A stretch of 32,000 nt of DNA from Pseudomonadota bacterium (lineage in GTDB: Bacteria > Bdellovibrionota_B > Oligoflexia > Silvanigrellales > Silvanigrellaceae). The notes below the pieces were generated by a model, which made no database searches, had not been told where the DNA came from, and saw only the letters and a program-made list of their open reading frames with translations. Shown here one piece after another: positions 24,071 to 32,000 of the stretch; position 1 is the first letter of the stretch, and each line of letters opens with the position of its first letter. The position numbers and the translations under genes were made by a program. Location of the stretch: contig JBDLRP010000029.1 of assembly GCA_039799905.1 (NCBI GenBank), positions 83,535 to 115,534 on the forward strand. Direction: 5' to 3'.

Positions 24071-24325
24071 ATGGAAACACTCGTGAACACAATGAACGCT
24101 ATCCGACAGCAGGCTGCACAGAGCACTCAACCACTGAATAACAAGGTTCTCGCAGAAAATCTTTTCCGTGACCTTCGCCTTCAGGGACTGAAAGACAAAG
24201 ACATCGTCAGTCTGTCTTCCGAACTGATTGCTCAACTCACAAACGACATCAAAGTCAGAGCAGAAAAAGTTCACACCGGTGAAACTCCTGCCATCAGCTC
24301 CGAAAAGCTCACCCGCACTCGCTAA
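24071..24325 (+). CDS. Small uncharacterised helical protein (84 aa)
   Basis: Good Shine-Dalgarno (AGGAGAGAGAACG-ATG, 24058-24073) and soluble helical composition (NKVLAENLFRDLRLQGLKDKDIVSLSSELIAQLTNDIKVRAEK). Confidence 0.6.
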   Translation: METLVNTMNAIRQQAAQSTQPLNNKVLAENLFRDLRLQGLKDKDIVSLSSELIAQLTNDIKVRAEKVHTGETPAISSEKLTRTR

Positions 24326-24333
24326 TCAATATT

Positions 24334-24360
24334 AAAAAAAAACCCGCCCAACGGGCGGGT
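24334..24360 (-). terminator. Rho-independent terminator for the histone H1-like gene
   Basis: ACCCGCCC-aac-GGGCGGGT (24342-24360) with an A-run at 24334-24342, which is a U-tract on the minus transcript. Confidence 0.88.
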
Positions 24361-24362
24361 CG

Positions 24363-24380
24363 ACTCATCGAGTGATGAGT
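24363..24380. repeat. Second inverted repeat next to the terminator
   Basis: ACTCATC-gagt-GATGAGT: 7-bp perfect stem, 4-nt loop. Confidence 0.7.
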
Positions 24381-24387
24381 GGCTGAC

Positions 24388-24801
24388 TTAGCCTGCCTTG
24401 TGCAGGGGTGTGACCTTAGCCACAACCTTGCGAGCTTTGCGAGCTGCAGGCTTCTTGGCTTTCTTTGCCTTCTTCTTAGCAGCTGGCTTCTTAGCGGCAG
24501 CCTTCTTAGCTGTAGCCTTCTTAGCCTTCTTCTTGGCAGCTGGCTTCTTGGTAACAGCCTTCTTGGCGGTTGCCTTCTTAGCCTTGCGCTTAGCTGGCTT
24601 CTTAGCAGCAGCCTTCTTAGCGGTAGCTTTCTTGGCAGTAGCCTTCTTAGCCTTCTTCTTCGCAGCTGGCTTCTTAGCCTTTGCAGCAACTTTCTTCTTC
24701 GCCTTGCCGCCTACTTTTTTCTTAGCTGCGCGGACTGTCTTCTTCTTCTTTGCACGCTTCGGTTTTGCGTGCGATACTTCAGCTTTAGTTTCAACTGTCA
24801 T
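24388..24801 (-). CDS. Histone H1-like Lys/Ala-rich protein
   Basis: 137 aa with repeated KKPAAKKKAKKATAKKAAA-type units and a basic N-terminal region. Confidence 0.88.
   Translation of the reverse strand: MTVETKAEVSHAKPKRAKKKKTVRAAKKKVGGKAKKKVAAKAKKPAAKKKAKKATAKKATAKKAAAKKPAKRKAKKATAKKAVTKKPAAKKKAKKATAKKAAAKKPAAKKKAKKAKKPAARKARKVVAKVTPLHKAG
24430..24720. repeat. Degenerate tandem coding repeat (~57-bp superunit, ~4 copies)
   Basis: Recurring AKKPAAKKKAKKATAKKA(T/A/V) peptide units; + strand DNA shows recurrent ccttcttagc(c/g)...cttcttagcagc strings. Confidence 0.75.
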
Positions 24802-25118
24802 TTAGACGTTCCCTTCTTCAGACTGCGACGCTCGGAGACAAAGCTTGTGTCCCCACGCCTGAATTGTGAAACCAATTCACTCGACCGCAACGTCTCCCGA
24901 CGTGACCAGCGACAGCGTCTTCCCGACGCAGAGCACCGCACATTCATGCGATACCAATTTTTCGTCATGTCTCAGTATAACTTGAGTCGAAGTTCAGCTT
25001 TTTTTAGCACGTCACTTTTTTGGAGCTTCTGGTGAACTTTTTGACACAACACACAACTTTTTCACCTCTCATCGCACAACTCGGATCGCAGAGTTTTGAG
25101 CTCCAGGCGCGAACAAAT

Positions 25119-25673
25119 ATGAATTCCGGAAACTCCGTCGACGGTTCTTTTCCAACTCTGCTCGCGATCGTTCTGGTCACTTTCGTTCTCGTCCTTTTCC
25201 TTATGGCGACCCTTTGGCCGAGAGAAAAGTCCGACTCCATACATTCACGGCAGAGACAATTCGGACGGGTCGACGGACTGTTCTTCAAAATCCAGACAGC
25301 GCTTCTCGACAGCGAAGAATCCAGCAGATATCTCGCAGGACAACTCTCGAGTCCCGCTCTTTTGCAAGGGATTCTCCTCATGAAAAGTCAGTCCCTGACA
25401 CTGGTGTCTTTGAGCGTCGGCGGCTGTGCCTTTGTCTCGCCCACGCCACTGAAGAAAGGTTCAGTGCTTCTTCTCCAACTCGGCTCACTGCCCGACTTTC
25501 CCAAAGAAAATCTCATTGTTGCATGCAAAGTTGTGTGGTCGCGGCACGACAAGGGAAAGCACGGCGGAGTGGAGAGTGCCGGTTGTAAATTTGTTTTTCC
25601 GCAGGGAGCCGCAGGTCCCGACGAGCCCCTCAAAAACTACATCACATTCCTGATGGATGAACCGGTGAGCTAG
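25119..25673 (+). CDS. PilZ-domain-like membrane protein
   Basis: TM near the N-terminus (TLLAIVLVTFVLVLFLMATLWP), then LTLVSLSVGGCAFVSPTPLKKGSVLLLQLG...NLIVACKVVWSR...GVESAGCKFVF. This matches the PilZ D/NxSxxG pattern only in degenerate form. Start set at the internal Met. Confidence 0.65.
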   Translation: MNSGNSVDGSFPTLLAIVLVTFVLVLFLMATLWPREKSDSIHSRQRQFGRVDGLFFKIQTALLDSEESSRYLAGQLSSPALLQGILLMKSQSLTLVSLSVGGCAFVSPTPLKKGSVLLLQLGSLPDFPKENLIVACKVVWSRHDKGKHGGVESAGCKFVFPQGAAGPDEPLKNYITFLMDEPVS

Positions 25674-26603
25674 ATGGATGAAAAAGGAGTCACATCGTCA
25701 ACGGACGGAACGACGCAGCTACTTGTGCTGCTTGGCAAAGACCTAAGCCGGTCGCCTTCGCCGGCCACACACACCCAATGGGCGCAGATCCGCAAACTCA
25801 ACTTCCACTACAACGCGATGTCCACAAACAGCGAGGCGGAATTTATTTCACTCGCTGAGAGTTTGATGCGCTCGCAGCACTTTGCGGGCGGCAACATCAC
25901 CAATCCTTTCAAATCCGCTGCGCTGAAGCTCGACGGTGTCAGCGTGGATGCAGCGGCGCTGCGCTGCGGCGCTGCCAACACACTCTATCGAAGAGAAGAG
26001 TTTTCGACTGTCTCGTGGCATCTCACCAATACCGACCTATTGGGATGTTCGGAATCGATTCAAAAAATCATGAGCTCAATCGGCCCCGATTCATCCATCG
26101 TTGACCTCATTGTTCTGGGACGCGGCGCAATGGCGAGAACCGTCTTACGTGCTGTCGAAGATTTTTCCGCATTGTCCGGGGTCGAGTTCGATGCATTGAT
26201 TGGCGGTAGAGACAGCCTCCCTATCGACCCACTTCCTAAATTTAACCTCAACAGTTTCAGATACTTTAATTTAAACGACGAGGCCTTGGTGACCAACGTT
26301 GCCGAGAACTTGCCCACGAACCGCCACCTGCTTTGCATCAACACACTTCCCGGAGGCACGAACACCGAAGCTGAAACGACGATTCACAACACCCTGCGCA
26401 CGCTAAGCAACTCCGGACATTGGCAACAAAGAAAATTTTTCTGCGTGAGTTACGCCGAGCAAACTTGGCACTCAACGGCCCGACAGCTCGGTTGGGATGT
26501 TATCAATGGAGATTTGCTGTTCGAGATTCAGGCGCGCGCAGCGTTCAAACTCTGGACGGGCGTTGACGCGCCCAATCATCCAACCGCTCTGCTGCGTTCC
26601 TGA
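25674..26603 (+). CDS. Divergent shikimate dehydrogenase-like (AroE-like) protein
   Basis: SRSPSPATHTQW, GGNITNPFKSAAL, CGAANTLYRR, LTNTDLLGC, LIVLGRGAMARTVLRAV: AroE substrate motifs plus a Rossmann-like segment. Confidence 0.78.
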   Translation: MDEKGVTSSTDGTTQLLVLLGKDLSRSPSPATHTQWAQIRKLNFHYNAMSTNSEAEFISLAESLMRSQHFAGGNITNPFKSAALKLDGVSVDAAALRCGAANTLYRREEFSTVSWHLTNTDLLGCSESIQKIMSSIGPDSSIVDLIVLGRGAMARTVLRAVEDFSALSGVEFDALIGGRDSLPIDPLPKFNLNSFRYFNLNDEALVTNVAENLPTNRHLLCINTLPGGTNTEAETTIHNTLRTLSNSGHWQQRKFFCVSYAEQTWHSTARQLGWDVINGDLLFEIQARAAFKLWTGVDAPNHPTALLRS

Positions 26604-27774
26604 GGGTTTGATCGGATTTGCAGAATGCAAAACGCAGCCAGTTGAGCCGGCGCGGCGGCTGACTCCCATAATAGAAGACTGATGGAGGAATGGCCGCAAC
26701 ACGTGCCTCAGCTATCAGTCGCTTTGCAAACTCAACGTCACGAACAGCTGCACCCTCCACATGGGCATCGTAGCCGCCCATCAAAAAATAGCTGCCCTGC
26801 GCTCTTTGCACCCGAAAGCCAGCCTTGCGCAAACTGTCTTCAAGAAAGTTTTGCTTCGCACCATAAATGGCAGGAAGTGTCTTCAGATAGTCATTCACCC
26901 AGTCATCTTGTGCAATCATCGTGGCAAGCCCGCGCTGGGTTGCAGGGTTGGTACAAAAAACGACCCCCTGATGCACCAGACGCACGTCGCGAGTGAGTTC
27001 TGCAGATGCAGTCACCCAACCAACCTTAAAACCCGTAAAACCAAACGTCTTTGCAGACGAACTGATCCGCACCACTCTTGAACGCATATCAGGCATGGAC
27101 ACGGGAGAGGTTGCGCCTGCTTCCGAGTACACAAGGTATTCATAAACCTCATCGGACATCAAAACAGCATCGTGCTCGCGAACCGCTTCACAAATTTTCT
27201 CAAGCTCTGCAGACGTGAAAACTTTGCCGGTCGGGTTGTGAGGTGTGTTGAGAATCATCAGTGCGAAGCCAGTGGACGTTGCCGCTTTGAACTCATCCCA
27301 GTCGACCGCCCAGCCGCGCGCGGAGACTCCGGCGGGAGTGTCGGGAGCGTGCAGGCGCACCGGCACCAACACTCCACCAGCATTTGCGATGGCCTGCGCA
27401 TAACTGTCGTAACAAGGTTCGAACACGACGACTCTGTCACCCGGATTTACGAATGCGTTGATCACAGAGTAAATAGCTTCAGTTGCGCCTGTGGTGATTG
27501 TCACCTCTTGATCGGGGCAATACTCGACTCCGGTGCGCGCACGCACCAATGCACTCACGGCTGCGCGCAATGAAGCCTCACCGATCGCCGGAGCATACTG
27601 ATTGTGACAGTGCAGTGTTTCATGAGCGACTTGCCGGAGTACTTCCTCGGGGCCTGAAAAATCAGGAAAACCCTGCGCAAGATTGACAGCCTGATTTGCG
27701 TTTGCAAGCTGGGTCATCTCGGTGAAGATACTTGTTCCGAATGCGGACCATCTGTGCGCCAGTTTCATCGACAT
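26545..27774 (-). CDS. Pyridoxal phosphate-dependent aminotransferase (class I/II)
   Basis: VNLAQGFPDFSGPEEV, TGATEAIYSVINAFVNPGDRVVVFEPCYDSY, LILNTPHNPTGKVF, SDEVYEYLVY, PLP-Lys motif SSSAKTFGFTGFKVGW. ATG at 27774 is preceded by AGGGGA. Confidence 0.93.
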   Translation of the reverse strand: MSMKLAHRWSAFGTSIFTEMTQLANANQAVNLAQGFPDFSGPEEVLRQVAHETLHCHNQYAPAIGEASLRAAVSALVRARTGVEYCPDQEVTITTGATEAIYSVINAFVNPGDRVVVFEPCYDSYAQAIANAGGVLVPVRLHAPDTPAGVSARGWAVDWDEFKAATSTGFALMILNTPHNPTGKVFTSAELEKICEAVREHDAVLMSDEVYEYLVYSEAGATSPVSMPDMRSRVVRISSSAKTFGFTGFKVGWVTASAELTRDVRLVHQGVVFCTNPATQRGLATMIAQDDWVNDYLKTLPAIYGAKQNFLEDSLRKAGFRVQRAQGSYFLMGGYDAHVEGAAVRDVEFAKRLIAEARVAAIPPSVFYYGSQPPRRLNWLRFAFCKSDQTLRNAAERLDDWARQRPSRV

Positions 27775-27791
27775 AATATTGATTCCCCTGT

Positions 27792-28670
27792 TCAACCGCG
27801 GCTTGAACGCGGATCGAGAGCGTCCCGCAGGCTGTCGCCTAACACGTTGAGACAGAAAACGGTAAGGAAAATTGCCGCCCCCGGAAAAACCAGAGTCCAC
27901 CAAGCCTGATAAAAGTCGGCCTTACCTTCAGCGAGCATCGCACCCCACTCGGGTGTCGGAGGCCGGACACCCAAACCAAGAAAGCTAAGGCCAGCCGACT
28001 CGAGCAAGGCACTGGCAAAACTCATCGTTGCGACAACAACGACGGAATTCAAAATATTTGGCAAGACGTGCTTGAATAAAATACGGCTAAGCGAAGCGCC
28101 ATTGGCATGAGCCGAGGTAACGTATTCTTTGCTGCGCTCTCCCAAGGTTGCGCTGCGTGCCACACGGGCGAAAGTTGGAGCGTAAGCCAATCCTACGGCT
28201 ATCATCAAATTAACAATCCCCTGTCCCAGGAAGGCGACAAGGATAAGTGCCAAGAGGATCGCTGGAAAAGCTAGAAGACAGTCATTGAGCCGCATAAGAA
28301 ATTCATCGGTCCGGCCTCCCAGATAGCCGGACAACAGGCCGAGCGGAACTCCCAAACCTGCTCCAAGCGCGACTGGCAAAAAACCGAGAACCAACGAGAT
28401 GCGTCCGCCGTGAAGTACCCGCGAGAAAACATCCCGACCAGAACCGTCGGTGCCAAACGGATGCAGCCAACTTCCGCCTTCGGAAAAGAACGGAGGAATG
28501 AAGCGGGCTGATTCCAGATTAAGTGTCAGAGGGTCGTGTTGGGCCAACCATGGCGCGCCCAGTGAGCACACGATAAGGAAGAATAAAACTGCAACCGCCC
28601 ACTGTGCGCTGCGGTTCGAGCGGATTTCACGCAACAGACTGCGCCAGACTGTCGGACGGGCGGTCGTCAT
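27792..28670 (-). CDS. ABC transporter permease, Dpp/OppC type
   Basis: HPFGTDGSGRDVFSRVLHGGRISLVLGFLPVALGAGLGVPLGLLSGYLGG...ANGASLSRILFKHVLPNILNSVVV. ATGA overlap with the upstream permease. Confidence 0.93.
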   Translation of the reverse strand: MTTARPTVWRSLLREIRSNRSAQWAVAVLFFLIVCSLGAPWLAQHDPLTLNLESARFIPPFFSEGGSWLHPFGTDGSGRDVFSRVLHGGRISLVLGFLPVALGAGLGVPLGLLSGYLGGRTDEFLMRLNDCLLAFPAILLALILVAFLGQGIVNLMIAVGLAYAPTFARVARSATLGERSKEYVTSAHANGASLSRILFKHVLPNILNSVVVVATMSFASALLESAGLSFLGLGVRPPTPEWGAMLAEGKADFYQAWWTLVFPGAAIFLTVFCLNVLGDSLRDALDPRSSRG

Positions 28671-29725
28671 CAATTTGCTCCTCCGCCAGAGCGTCCCTGC
28701 TTTGTTCGTGGATCCAACCATCCAACTGTCAGGTCGCCCAGCAAATTGAACAAAACAAAAACGGCACCGACGAACAGTGTTCCGGACTGAACCATGGGAA
28801 AATCCCGGCTGCTAATGCTTTCAACCAACAGTTTTCCCAACCCCGGCCAGGCAAACATCGTCTCGGTGATCACTGCTCCACCAAAAAGAGCTCCGGCTTG
28901 CAGGAAGAGTACGGTGACAACGGGCAGAGCTGCATTTCTCGCTGCGTGTTTTAAAACCACCTTGTACTGCGGAACACCTTTCGCGCGTGCAGTGCGGATA
29001 TAATCTTGTTGCAAAACATCAAGCATTGCAGAGCGGGTCATTCGGCAAATATGTGCCATCGGGATCGTCGAAAGTGCAATTGCAGGCAGGGTCAGATATC
29101 GCAGTGCTGATAAAAACACATCCCAGCCCCCGCCGCTGACACCAAGCCAAATTCCATCGACGGTGTACATTCTAAATAGTGAGTCGGTTGCCGAATCAAA
29201 AACCACTTCGTCAGACAGGCGGCCCGATGTCGGGAGCCACCCCAGATTCAGACTAAAAAACCACATCAGGAGCAACGCAAGCCAGAAGATCGGCATGCTG
29301 ACACCAGTCAGTGAAATGAAACTTGCAAGCCTGTCCCACCATGTGCGCCGGGCAACCGCAGACACAACACCCAAAAAAAGTCCGACAGGAATAGCGATGA
29401 GCAGAGCCGCCGAAGCAAGCTCGACTGTTGCGGGAATTGCCGTGGCAAACAGATTAGAAATCGCCTGATCGTGAAATAAGCTGTGCCCGAGGTCACCCTC
29501 AAGTATGAGCCTCTTGAGATAGAGGCCATACTGAACCCACCAAGGGTCATCTAGTCGCAGCGAAGCTCGGATATATGCAACACGCTCGGGAGTTGCGCGC
29601 TCGCCAGCCATGACGAGAGCAATATCCCCCGGAATGAGCTTGAGCGCCCAGAACAACAACAGCGTCAGAAAGAGTAGAACAGGAACTGACTGCGCAAATC
29701 TGCGCAGGGCTTGACGTGCGAACAT
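28670..29725 (-). CDS. ABC transporter permease, Dpp/OppB type
   Basis: 351 aa with LDDPWWVQYGLYLKRLILEGDLGHSL, DYIRTARAKGVPQYKVVLKHAARNAALPVVTVL and GGAVITETMFAWPGLGKLLV. Confidence 0.94.
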   Translation of the reverse strand: MFARQALRRFAQSVPVLLFLTLLLFWALKLIPGDIALVMAGERATPERVAYIRASLRLDDPWWVQYGLYLKRLILEGDLGHSLFHDQAISNLFATAIPATVELASAALLIAIPVGLFLGVVSAVARRTWWDRLASFISLTGVSMPIFWLALLLMWFFSLNLGWLPTSGRLSDEVVFDSATDSLFRMYTVDGIWLGVSGGGWDVFLSALRYLTLPAIALSTIPMAHICRMTRSAMLDVLQQDYIRTARAKGVPQYKVVLKHAARNAALPVVTVLFLQAGALFGGAVITETMFAWPGLGKLLVESISSRDFPMVQSGTLFVGAVFVLFNLLGDLTVGWLDPRTKQGRSGGGAN

Positions 29726-29731
29726 TACGAC

Positions 29732-31324
29732 TCACTTAGCGTTCAGGCTGACCTTGAAAAAACGACGCGAGCCATTGGGCTGCAAAATAAAACCCTGCAC
29801 CCGAGGATCCATCGGCATTGCGACGCGTGAGTGTGCCAGCGGAATCCAGGGCGCATCCTGATGAATCAACTGCTGAGCCTGCTTGTACATCTCGGCACGC
29901 TTCTTCTGAACAGTGACCTTTTGCGCGTCGCGCAGAATCTGCGTGACTTTGGCGTTGTCATAGAAGGCAATATTTGATGCCGGCGCCTTGGCGTTGTCGC
30001 CGCTCAACAGAACGCTGAGAAAGTTGTCCGGATCACCGTTGTCTCCCGTCCAACCAAGCAATGCCATCGGGTGCTCGCCCTTTTTTGTCTTATCCAGATA
30101 AACGGCCCATTCGTGTGTCGTGAGTTGAACCTTGACACCGACAGCCCTGAAATCAGCCTGAATCGCTTCGGCGACTCGTTTGGCATCCGGCATATAGGGC
30201 CTCGACACAGGCGGAAAATAAAGTTCAGATTCAAAACCGTTGGGATAGCCGGCTTCTGCCAAAAGTTGACGAGCCTTGGCTTGGTTGAACTGGTATGCCG
30301 CAATCGAAGAATTGTATCCCCACAACGAGGGCGGAATCGGGTTCACTGCTGGAATTCCCATGCCCGCATACACACCTTTGATAATGGCCTCTTTGTTGAC
30401 CGCCATATTCAACGCGCGGCGCACCTTGGGATTGGAGAAGGGCCCCTTGCCGGTATTAAAGGCAAGATACGCAACGTTCATCGCAGGTTCTTCCGTGATC
30501 TTTGCCTCAGGGCGCTTCTGCCGAATAGTGTTCACCTGATCGGGAGTTGGCAGATTCATCATATGAATTTCTTTGGCTAAAAACGCATTCAAGCGCGTTG
30601 CGGCATCTGGATAAGCGCGGAAGATAACCCTTGCAAGCTTGGGTTGACCAGCCCAGAAGCCTTTGTTCGCATCTAAAACTATTTTCTCGTTCTTGGTCCA
30701 GCTGACGAATTTGAACGGGCCCGTTCCAACGGGATTCCGGGCAAACTCGGCCTTGAACTTTCGGACCGCGGTCGGGCTCACGACTGAAGCAAAACTCATC
30801 GCGAGATTTGCGAGGAATGGGGCACTCGGTGTGCGCAAGGTCATACGGACCGTCTTTTCGTCGACGGCATCGATGGCGGACACAAGCTTGTCCATACCCA
30901 TGTCCTGCCAATAGGACCAAACCTGAGCGTACTTATAGGCCTCATGTTTGGGATCGTGCTGACGCATCAAACTGAAGACTACCGCCTCGGCATTCATTGG
31001 TGTGCCATCATGAAAACTGACGTTCGGGCGCAAGCGGAATGTGTAACGGAGCCCGTCAGGACTCACATCCCAACTCTGTGCGAGCGCAGGCTCAATCTCA
31101 GTGGTTCCGTCTTTGAATTGAACGAGTGTGTCGAAAATATTGTCGCAAACGTTCAAACTCTCGCCGTCAGTTTCCTTGGCCGGATCGAGTGACACGGAAT
31201 CTCCGCCACGTCCGTAGATGAGGACCTGTTTGGAATCTGCCGTCGCCGGCTGTTCAAAAGTTGCAAGACCGAGCATAAAAACGCTAAGTGCGGTCAGAGA
31301 GCGGCTTTTGATGGTCATGACCAT
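29732..31324 (-). CDS. ABC transporter substrate-binding protein, family 5 (peptide/nickel/opine type)
   Basis: Signal peptide, GGDSVSLDPAKETDGESLNVCDNIFDTLVQF, PALAQSWDVSPDGLRYTFRLRPNVSFHDGTPMNAEAVVFSLMR, MAYNTGKGPFSNPKVRRALN-type segment (NVAYLAFNTGKGPFSNPKVRRALNMAVNKEAI). Confidence 0.95.
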   Translation of the reverse strand: MVMTIKSRSLTALSVFMLGLATFEQPATADSKQVLIYGRGGDSVSLDPAKETDGESLNVCDNIFDTLVQFKDGTTEIEPALAQSWDVSPDGLRYTFRLRPNVSFHDGTPMNAEAVVFSLMRQHDPKHEAYKYAQVWSYWQDMGMDKLVSAIDAVDEKTVRMTLRTPSAPFLANLAMSFASVVSPTAVRKFKAEFARNPVGTGPFKFVSWTKNEKIVLDANKGFWAGQPKLARVIFRAYPDAATRLNAFLAKEIHMMNLPTPDQVNTIRQKRPEAKITEEPAMNVAYLAFNTGKGPFSNPKVRRALNMAVNKEAIIKGVYAGMGIPAVNPIPPSLWGYNSSIAAYQFNQAKARQLLAEAGYPNGFESELYFPPVSRPYMPDAKRVAEAIQADFRAVGVKVQLTTHEWAVYLDKTKKGEHPMALLGWTGDNGDPDNFLSVLLSGDNAKAPASNIAFYDNAKVTQILRDAQKVTVQKKRAEMYKQAQQLIHQDAPWIPLAHSRVAMPMDPRVQGFILQPNGSRRFFKVSLNAK

Positions 31325-31405
31325 GGGGGGTTATCTCCGCGTCAGAGTTCGTTTTGACAGGACATAAGAGTCGGGCGGTTTTAGCTCAGGCGGGGTTGAA
31401 AGGCA

Positions 31406-32000
31406 ATGCGGCTCGAACGGGCGGAATTCGAAATTCTTCAACAGCTACGGCTGATTCCACACCTCACAAAGGGCGTCTGTGCTGTTCATGTACTGGTTTC
31501 CGGTGGAAAAGACAGCGTCGCGCTTCTTCAACTTCTGTCCAGCATCCAAAATCTGCCGAGTGCCTGGAGCAAAGTTTCCATCCGATTGTTCGTGCACCAC
31601 TTCAACCACAGACAACGCGGCGCGGAGTCGGACGGTGACGAGGAACTTTGCATCGACCTCGCGCGACGATCGGGCACCCCGATAAAAGTTTGGCAATGGC
31701 CCGTCGAGCTCACCCAGCGTGTGGAAAACGGCGAAAACTTTCAAAATCTTGCACGACACTGGCGATACTCCTCAGTGCGCGAATTCGCTAAAGAATACAG
31801 TCAACACTCGAGCACGGACGACTGGCTGATCGCAACTGCCCACCACCGAAGGGATCATGCAGAGACAGTCTTGCACAACCTCACCCGCGGCTGCGGCATG
31901 CAGGGAATGCTGGGTCTCACTCCGTGGACCGAAAAAGAAAAACTACTGCGACCTCTCCTTTGGCTGAGCGCTGCGTTGTCGGACAATTACATAGCAAACA
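31406..32000 (+). CDS. tilS: tRNA(Ile)-lysidine synthase, N-terminal part (truncated by window edge)
   Basis: Hand translation: MRLERAEFEILQQLRLIPHLTKGVCAVHVLVSGGKDSVALLQLLSS...RLFVHHFNHRQRGAESDGDEELCIDLARR...LIATAHHRRDHAETVLHNLTRGCGMQGMLGL. Confidence 0.93.
   Translation, partial: MRLERAEFEILQQLRLIPHLTKGVCAVHVLVSGGKDSVALLQLLSSIQNLPSAWSKVSIRLFVHHFNHRQRGAESDGDEELCIDLARRSGTPIKVWQWPVELTQRVENGENFQNLARHWRYSSVREFAKEYSQHSSTDDWLIATAHHRRDHAETVLHNLTRGCGMQGMLGLTPWTEKEKLLRPLLWLSAALSDNYIAN

Noticed and set aside
24430-24720. CRISPR-like array suggested by periodic repeats
   Set aside because: The periodicity is explained by repeated Lys/Ala codons in frame. There are no unique spacers and no cas genes.
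25004-25381. 125-aa minus-strand ORF
   Set aside because: Antisense to the PilZ-like gene, Cys/Arg-rich with no recognisable domain.

Overview
This 32 kb window looks like one contiguous chromosomal segment with no visible phage, IS, tRNA, rRNA or CRISPR features. The main system of interest is a tightly coupled minus-strand gene run (~22.27 to 16.28 kb, possibly to 14.55 kb). It encodes an outer-membrane beta-barrel-like protein with an N-terminal FlgO/CsgG-like domain, a TPR lipoprotein, MotA, MotB, and an 848-aa single-chain protein. That protein carries two tandem FliF-like, cysteine-pair periplasmic domains, a charged linker, one TM helix and a FliG-like cytoplasmic C-terminus. A large lipoprotein follows. 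No flagellar hook, rod, export or C-ring genes are present, so this is a candidate non-flagellar, ion-driven trans-envelope rotary machine. Other content: a URC-type uracil catabolism segment (DUF1688/URC4, URC1 GTP-cyclohydrolase-II-like) next to an mmsA-like dehydrogenase; HU with a basic tail; trypsin-like protease; MBL hydrolase; UvrD/Rep-family helicase; prepilin peptidase; SmpB; a lipoprotein with a lambda-R-like (GH104) muralytic domain; metzincin lipoprotein; DUF4382 lipoprotein; TIGR02147-family protein; thioredoxin-like protein; histone-H1-like K/A repeat protein; PilZ-like protein; AroE-like protein; class I/II aminotransferase; a Dpp/Opp-type ABC importer (SBP and two permeases); and the 5' part of tilS. 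All assignments come from reading motifs by eye. No database search was run.
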